This document shows, in pieces, positions 59,345 through 64,000 of a stretch of DNA of 64,000 nt. The translations under genes were made by a program, and so were the position numbers. Location: positions 10,272 to 74,271 of the forward strand of contig CAZFMJ010000003.1 of the NCBI GenBank assembly GCA_964520045.1, in the 5' to 3' direction. The notes under the pieces are model-generated. The model was given only the letters and a program-made list of their open reading frames with translations, did no database searches and had not been told where the DNA came from. The DNA is from an uncultured Elusimicrobiales bacterium. Its GTDB lineage: Bacteria; Elusimicrobiota; Elusimicrobia; Elusimicrobiales; CAZFMJ01. Every line of letters starts with the position of its first letter. Position 1 is the first letter of the stretch.

Positions 59345-60607
59345 TCAAGAGAGCCCCCATACCTGCGGGTCCAGATTCGACTGGCTTATGATTTGATTGT
59401 AAAGATATTTCACTGTCTGCTTGGAATTCAATTCGCAGGACGGCGCGTCCAAGACAGCGCACAAATCCCTATCATAGACAAAAGGCTGCAGTTTTAAATT
59501 GCTTCCGACGCGCATCTTCCGGGCATGGCCGGAGGCATTTATCACATGAAGCATAGCGCGTATGCGCTTATCATAACCGAGGCATTTGGAATAATACCTC
59601 GCCGTAAAATCAATAACCTTTTCCAAAAAAGGAATGACCGACTCGGGGGAAAAAGAATTAACGCTTTCGGGAAGCTTGGCTAAACTGGCATCGGCGAACA
59701 CAAGCACGTCATTTTCATAAAACCGCGCCAGCTGCATCTTGTCCGCCGTTATGCTTTCCGAATGATACAGCGTAAATCCGCCGAAACCTGCTTCCTCAAG
59801 CATAAAAACAGGGGTCAGCATCGGCAGGGACGGGAAATGCTCAAGTATCCATTTTTTATGCGCATTGATTTTAAAACTGCTTTTTTCCAGAGCCGCCGGC
59901 TGGGCGCTGAATGCCACATAGAGCTCTTTTTTGCTCTTAAAATACCAGTTTGAATCAAGCAGAGAGAAAAAAGTTATTTTACTTGAGGCAGCCACGCCGG
60001 ACAATGCCTGAACCGTCTGCGTTTCGGGCTTGGTTAAAACATGGCCGGCCCCGGGCTGAACATATAAATACGCTTCCTGATTCCCAAGCACAGTGCCCAC
60101 CGATGTATAGAGCGGCTGTATTGAATCATCCAGAACCATGTATATCTCGCTGGGAATAAGCATTGCGGAGCCCGATGCCAGCTCCCTTGCCTGATCTTCC
60201 ATTCGCGCGGCCAAAACAACGCCGGGACTTCTGATCATGCGGTCGACATCATTCCAATAGCGGGCCGGAGCAGAAGCAATGCCTATCCGGAACCTGTTGT
60301 CGGGAAGAATTTTGAACAGCTTATCCAGAATATCCCGCGCCATCGACTCGCCCAGCCGCATTATCTCGTCTTCATCTCCAGTCGTGCCCAAAAACGCCAC
60401 CGCTCCGTCCCCCTGCCACGACCCGCCCCCCCCGCCCCTTGCCCTTACTTCCTGTTCCACGAGCTCGGTATATGCTTTGCTCATACTGCGGTATTGGCCG
60501 GGGCTGGTATTGGATATGATCTTTTCGCTGCCGACCATATCTATGCGCATGAAAAAAAGCTGTCCGTATTCTCCGTCTTTGAGCATAAGAGTAGTATATT
60601 TTAGCAC
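59345..60607 (-). CDS. Class III nucleotidyl-cyclase-like N-domain fused to an unknown roughly 230-aa C-domain
   Basis: 420 aa. FFMRIDMVGSEKI, SWQGDGAVAFLG, RFRIGIASAP and PGVVLAARMEDQA fall in the order and spacing of class III cyclase core motifs. The C-terminal half is unrecognised. Confidence 0.5.
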   Translation of the reverse strand: MLKYTTLMLKDGEYGQLFFMRIDMVGSEKIISNTSPGQYRSMSKAYTELVEQEVRARGGGGGSWQGDGAVAFLGTTGDEDEIMRLGESMARDILDKLFKILPDNRFRIGIASAPARYWNDVDRMIRSPGVVLAARMEDQARELASGSAMLIPSEIYMVLDDSIQPLYTSVGTVLGNQEAYLYVQPGAGHVLTKPETQTVQALSGVAASSKITFFSLLDSNWYFKSKKELYVAFSAQPAALEKSSFKINAHKKWILEHFPSLPMLTPVFMLEEAGFGGFTLYHSESITADKMQLARFYENDVLVFADASLAKLPESVNSFSPESVIPFLEKVIDFTARYYSKCLGYDKRIRAMLHVINASGHARKMRVGSNLKLQPFVYDRDLCAVLDAPSCELNSKQTVKYLYNQIISQSNLDPQVWGLS

Positions 60608-60708
60608 AAAATCCGCATGGCTATTTCTCTATGCAACAAAACCCGCACAACAAAAGAGGAGCGCTTTCGCGCTCCTCTTATTAAATTAAACCGTCCCTGA
60701 TAAAAATA

Positions 60709-61644
60709 TTATCGGCCTAGAATCCTTTCCGCGTCTTTTTCCATACCTATAAAAAAGATAACGTACTTGGAAGAGCACCTATTCGGAGGCCCCCCGCAGC
60801 CATCACCCTCGGCATAGAACTTAAGCACAGGAATGCCGGCTGACGCAAGTTTGGCCGCGTCTTGTTTAACTATTTCATCGGCTTTTTTAAGGGATTCCCG
60901 TTCGGCCAGGGCCGACCCGCCCGGTCCCACGAGGGTCTCTCCAACCTTGTATTTCGAAAAAGTTCCGGCTTTGTAAGTTGCTTTTTCGCTGGGAGAATAC
61001 TTAACCATGTAGTAAATACTGTATCCGAATTTATTTCCAGGCGCGGTAGATGCCGTCGCATATATGAGCCTGAATCTGCCTGTAAAATTGACGAGAACAG
61101 CCCTAAGCGCCTTTTCAGCGTCTGTCAGCGTTTCATACCCTCCATCGCCGTATCCCCCGACATAACCCTCATAATTTTTAGCGGAATAGTAAATCGAGAA
61201 GGTATAATCGCTGATTTTGCCGGGCACTTCTTCCACAGCGGCAAACACCGGTTTTACGCCGGCCTTTTGAAACATCGGAAGCCATTTATTAAGCATCCTG
61301 CCGGCCTGTTCCTTCGTATATTCCATGCTTGAGGGAGAAAACTTCCACACAGGCGACATCTTTCCGTTCACAAGCATAGTCATGGGCTCAACCGGGCCCA
61401 GATAGCCCGGCAAACTGTCCCACGCAGGCGGATATTTATCCGGATTAAACGGCTCCGAGGGAGGCGGAGGAGGAAAAACTTTTGTGGTATTTTCAGCGCC
61501 GATATTAGTTTTTACCGCAGAATAAAGCATTCCCGGTTCACCGCCGGCGCTATCCCAATTTACAACAGCCGAAGATAAACCGCACATTTTTATTACAAAC
61601 ACCGCCGTTAAAACAGCGGCAACTATGATTTTTTTGTTCGTCAT
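60709..61644 (-). CDS. Secreted/anchored protein with three internal repeats, unknown function
   Basis: 311 aa with N-terminal anchor KKIIVAAVLTAVFVIKMCGL and a PPPPPSEPFNP linker. Repeated modules end in DYTFSIYY, KFGYSIYY and KYVIFFI. Confidence 0.55.
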   Translation of the reverse strand: MTNKKIIVAAVLTAVFVIKMCGLSSAVVNWDSAGGEPGMLYSAVKTNIGAENTTKVFPPPPPSEPFNPDKYPPAWDSLPGYLGPVEPMTMLVNGKMSPVWKFSPSSMEYTKEQAGRMLNKWLPMFQKAGVKPVFAAVEEVPGKISDYTFSIYYSAKNYEGYVGGYGDGGYETLTDAEKALRAVLVNFTGRFRLIYATASTAPGNKFGYSIYYMVKYSPSEKATYKAGTFSKYKVGETLVGPGGSALAERESLKKADEIVKQDAAKLASAGIPVLKFYAEGDGCGGPPNRCSSKYVIFFIGMEKDAERILGR

Positions 61645-61777
61645 TTTATATTTTTCTCCTTAACCAGTCTGTCTGGAGTAAGTATAGCAAGACAGGACTG
61701 CCCAACCATGAGCCTTATGGGGACATATGGATTAGTCTTTGGTCCTATTTGATTTTGGGACTTTAAGGTTCGGGATT

Positions 61778-62179
61778 TTAAGTTTTTAAGGAACGTTTGC
61801 GGGCGGTTTCAATGGCATGCCTTATCTTAGAATCAAGTGTCTCTATTTCCACCGGCTTAACCAGATAATCTATGGCGCCGAAAAGAAGGGCGTCATTAAG
61901 AGTGGCGGCGTCAGAAAGACCGCTCACGGCCAGTATCGGCACATGCGAAGTTTTCGGATTGGAGCGGATATCTCTCATAAAACTTATTCCGTCGCAGCCC
62001 GGCATCATTATATCCATGAGAATCACATCCGGAATGTTTGCATCCAGATATTTCCGGGCCGGCTTATCGCCGGATGCGCACGTAACGGAATATCCCTTGG
62101 CGGTAAGCCCTTCCTCATATACATCTAATATGGCGGGGTCGTCATCCACAGCCAAAACCGAATATTTTTCGTTTTTCAT
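61778..62179 (-). CDS. Single-domain response regulator (CheY-like receiver)
   Basis: 133 aa with VLAVDDDP, DVILMDIMMPGCDG and the conserved Lys in YLVKP. Confidence 0.9.
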   Translation of the reverse strand: MKNEKYSVLAVDDDPAILDVYEEGLTAKGYSVTCASGDKPARKYLDANIPDVILMDIMMPGCDGISFMRDIRSNPKTSHVPILAVSGLSDAATLNDALLFGAIDYLVKPVEIETLDSKIRHAIETARKRSLKT

Positions 62180-62187
62180 TTTTCCGG

Positions 62188-62619
62188 CTACCCGCCTATT
62201 GGAATCACGGTGTCAATTTCGGAACCGTTGCGCAGACATTTCAGTTCTATCGCTCCGCCCGCCGCGGATTTAATAATAGCCGCGAATTCTCCGGCCTTAT
62301 CGGCGCTTTTCAAATCCAGTTTTTTGCCGTTTACGGCAGTGATGACATCCCCGGGAATGAGCCCCGCCATTTCCGCGCGGCTTCCGTCTATAATGCGTAT
62401 GATAAGCACGGCTGAATTGCCGTTTATTTTTAAGTTGCCGGCCGTCTCTTCCGACAAACCCTGCACTTCCACTCCAAGCCTTGGATTGCCGCCGCTTCCG
62501 AGGGAAAAAATCAAACCCGCCGAAACCCCGGCGACCAAAACCGCCAGAACGGCGATTTTCTTTACATCCTTTATCTGCTTTATTCTTTTCCGCATGTTTC
62601 TTCCCCGGCTTTTGCCCAC
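62188..62619 (-). CDS. Membrane-anchored PDZ domain protein
   Basis: 143 aa with a TM helix IAVLAVLVAGVSAGLIF and the PDZ-like GLIPGDVITAVNGKKL. Confidence 0.7.
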   Translation of the reverse strand: MGKSRGRNMRKRIKQIKDVKKIAVLAVLVAGVSAGLIFSLGSGGNPRLGVEVQGLSEETAGNLKINGNSAVLIIRIIDGSRAEMAGLIPGDVITAVNGKKLDLKSADKAGEFAAIIKSAAGGAIELKCLRNGSEIDTVIPIGG

Positions 62620-63065
62620 ATATCCGCCGTATATTTCCGCCCGCCGTGCTTAAATGCGACGAATGCGATAAAAAGAAGAATAATATCCTGAATTATCGCG
62701 GCGGGGATAGAATGGCCCTGCCCTCCTCCGAAACAACCGCAATCAGCGAGCGGAATGCCCCTGGCCAGCGCCGAAAATAATGCCATTATAAAAACGCCTA
62801 TTATACCGCCGGCAGCCGTAATGCTCAGCCGCGTCAGAATTCCGGCCGCTATAAATCCTCCGACGTACAATTCCGCCCAAGGCAGAACATAGGCCGCCCA
62901 TAAAGACAGGGAAACAGGAATTATTTTATATCCCTCTATAACAGCGGCGAATTCCTCGGCGGGGGCGGCCGCCTTCAAATAGCCGGCATAGATAAAAAGA
63001 CCGCCGAGAATAATCCTGCATGCCAGGCCCGCCGTCAGCTGATAAACATTACTTCTGTTTTCCAT
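62580..63065 (-). CDS. MauE/DoxX family membrane protein
   Basis: 161 aa with four TM segments and the LADCGCFGGG motif typical of MauE-type proteins that partner thioredoxin-fold proteins. Confidence 0.7.
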   Translation of the reverse strand: MENRSNVYQLTAGLACRIILGGLFIYAGYLKAAAPAEEFAAVIEGYKIIPVSLSLWAAYVLPWAELYVGGFIAAGILTRLSITAAGGIIGVFIMALFSALARGIPLADCGCFGGGQGHSIPAAIIQDIILLFIAFVAFKHGGRKYTADMWAKAGEETCGKE

Positions 63066-63687
63066 AAATTATTTTATCAAACCGCTGAGCCGCATCTGTC
63101 AGCTGGTTTGCTCCGACCATGCGTTTTTTATTGATAAAAAATGTCGGGGTGGCGTTTACTCCGCGCATTTCCCCCTCTGCGATATCCAGCCTTACGGCTC
63201 GTGCGGCGGCGCCGTTTTTTCTGCATGCGCCGAAAGCTTCCATATCCAGCCCCAGCGTCAGCGCAAAATCATCAAATTCTTTGGGTGAATTTTCAAGGCC
63301 GGCCCATTGCGACTGCTTATCAAACAGTATCTGCGCATAATCCCAGAATTTTCCCTGTTTTCCGGCGCACTCCGCGGACACAGCCGCGTCAAACGCCCAT
63401 TTATGCGTTTTCATCAGCGGATAATATTTAAAACTAAGTTTTATGTTTTCCCGATAAACCTTCAGCATCATTTCAACGTTTTTATTGGCATACTTGCAGG
63501 CCGGGCAGGCGAAATCAGTGAATTCCTGTATGTTTATTTTTGCGTTCTCCCTGCCCTGGGACCGAAAATCAGGCGCAGGCCTCAACGGAACCCAGCTGAA
63601 CCTCCGCCCCAAAAGAACCGCCAGGGTAAGAATAAAGACCACAAAAAATACGGCTATCCCGTATCTAAGAAAAATTTTTAATCGCAT
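63049..63687 (-). CDS. DsbA/thioredoxin-fold thiol:disulfide oxidoreductase, membrane-anchored
   Basis: 212 aa with an N-terminal TM and the active site FTDFACPACK. Confidence 0.8.
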   Translation of the reverse strand: MRLKIFLRYGIAVFFVVFILTLAVLLGRRFSWVPLRPAPDFRSQGRENAKINIQEFTDFACPACKYANKNVEMMLKVYRENIKLSFKYYPLMKTHKWAFDAAVSAECAGKQGKFWDYAQILFDKQSQWAGLENSPKEFDDFALTLGLDMEAFGACRKNGAAARAVRLDIAEGEMRGVNATPTFFINKKRMVGANQLTDAAQRFDKIIYGKQK

Positions 63688-63690
63688 CTC

Positions 63691-63978
63691 TTAATCTCGT
63701 CTTGACCGTCTGCCATCTACCCCAATATGACCGGCTTCGCGGTCATATTGAATTAATTGTACTATTTTGGAGGATGAATGGCTCCCTTTTACTATCCTCA
63801 TTCCCGTCCCCTGTCCGCCAAGCGCTTTGCCGAGAAGCCCGAGGGCCGCGCAATTAGCCAACCCCCGCTCCGCGGGAGCGCGCACCCACGCCTCAAAAGA
63901 ATCATTCCCCTTTTTTATAATTTTATCTTCTTTTGAGCCGGGATGCACCTTGAGTTTTATAAACATTCCCTTATCCAC
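63691..63978 (-). CDS. DUF167 (YggU) family protein
   Basis: KLKVHPGSKEDKI...WVRAPAERGLANCAALGLLGKALG...IVKGSHSSSKIV follows the YggU pattern. The last roughly 20 aa read through a heptad repeat. Confidence 0.75.
   Translation of the reverse strand: MDKGMFIKLKVHPGSKEDKIIKKGNDSFEAWVRAPAERGLANCAALGLLGKALGGQGTGMRIVKGSHSSSKIVQLIQYDREAGHIGVDGRRSRRD
63701..63721 (-). repeat. Heptads GGTAGAT GGCAGAC GGTCAAG inside the 3' end of the DUF167 ORF
   Basis: Minus strand reads GGGGTAGATGGCAGACGGTCAAGACGAGATTAA. Confidence 0.6.
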
Positions 63979-64000
63979 TTTTCCGCCATTTCAACCGGAA

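Overview
64-kb window from an anaerobic, outer-membrane-bearing bacterium that I cannot place taxonomically from sequence alone. About 90% is coding and most genes are on the minus strand. All calls rest on motif and architecture recognition in the supplied ORF translations plus my own hand translation; no homology search was run. The left half (1-36 kb) is a dense redox block. It holds hypE (partial) and DUF47-PiT phosphate uptake. An Mvh-type [NiFe] hydrogenase sits in one operon with hdrCBA-mvhD. An MFS (oxalate/formate-antiporter-like) transporter follows, then a second hdrCBA-mvhD operon with flxCBA-like NAD(P)H-input subunits. Next comes a molybdopterin/tungsten block (MogA/MoaB, MOSC, moaC, moaA, moeA, tupABC, fdhD, modE-N-like, mobA). 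It is followed by a Cys-type formate dehydrogenase with sulfhydrogenase-like beta/gamma subunits, a decayed focA-like remnant, hypD, hypC and korAB. The right half is mixed. It has tatD, a translationally coupled Rnl5-type RNA ligase and RlmN-like radical SAM methylase, and a repeat-rich accessory stretch (110-bp direct repeat, two unannotated small ORFs, hicB with a nonsense-mutated hicA, two tandem tRNA-Ser genes). Then come an OM beta-barrel candidate, a GAF-PAS histidine kinase, an L,D-transpeptidase and an orphan xanthine-dehydrogenase-family Mo subunit. A long-MlaD type mlaEFD operon is split by an AT-rich 4.1-kb insertion carrying a Mod-less Type III Res-like helicase-nuclease and a DUF3800 protein. 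The window ends with alr, dnaB-rplI-rpsR-ssb-rpsF, an orphan cyclase-like protein, and a PDZ/MauE/DsbA envelope thiol cluster. The leads I rank highest are: (1) the Res + DUF3800 insertion as a possible undescribed defence islet; (2) the cyclase-like fusion protein; (3) the RNA ligase-RlmN pair; (4) a strand-specific 7-nt GGTARAN tandem repeat that sits on or just after stop codons of at least six genes and puts stops in all three frames; (5) several structured intergenic repeat families with compensatory or G-U-only substitutions.
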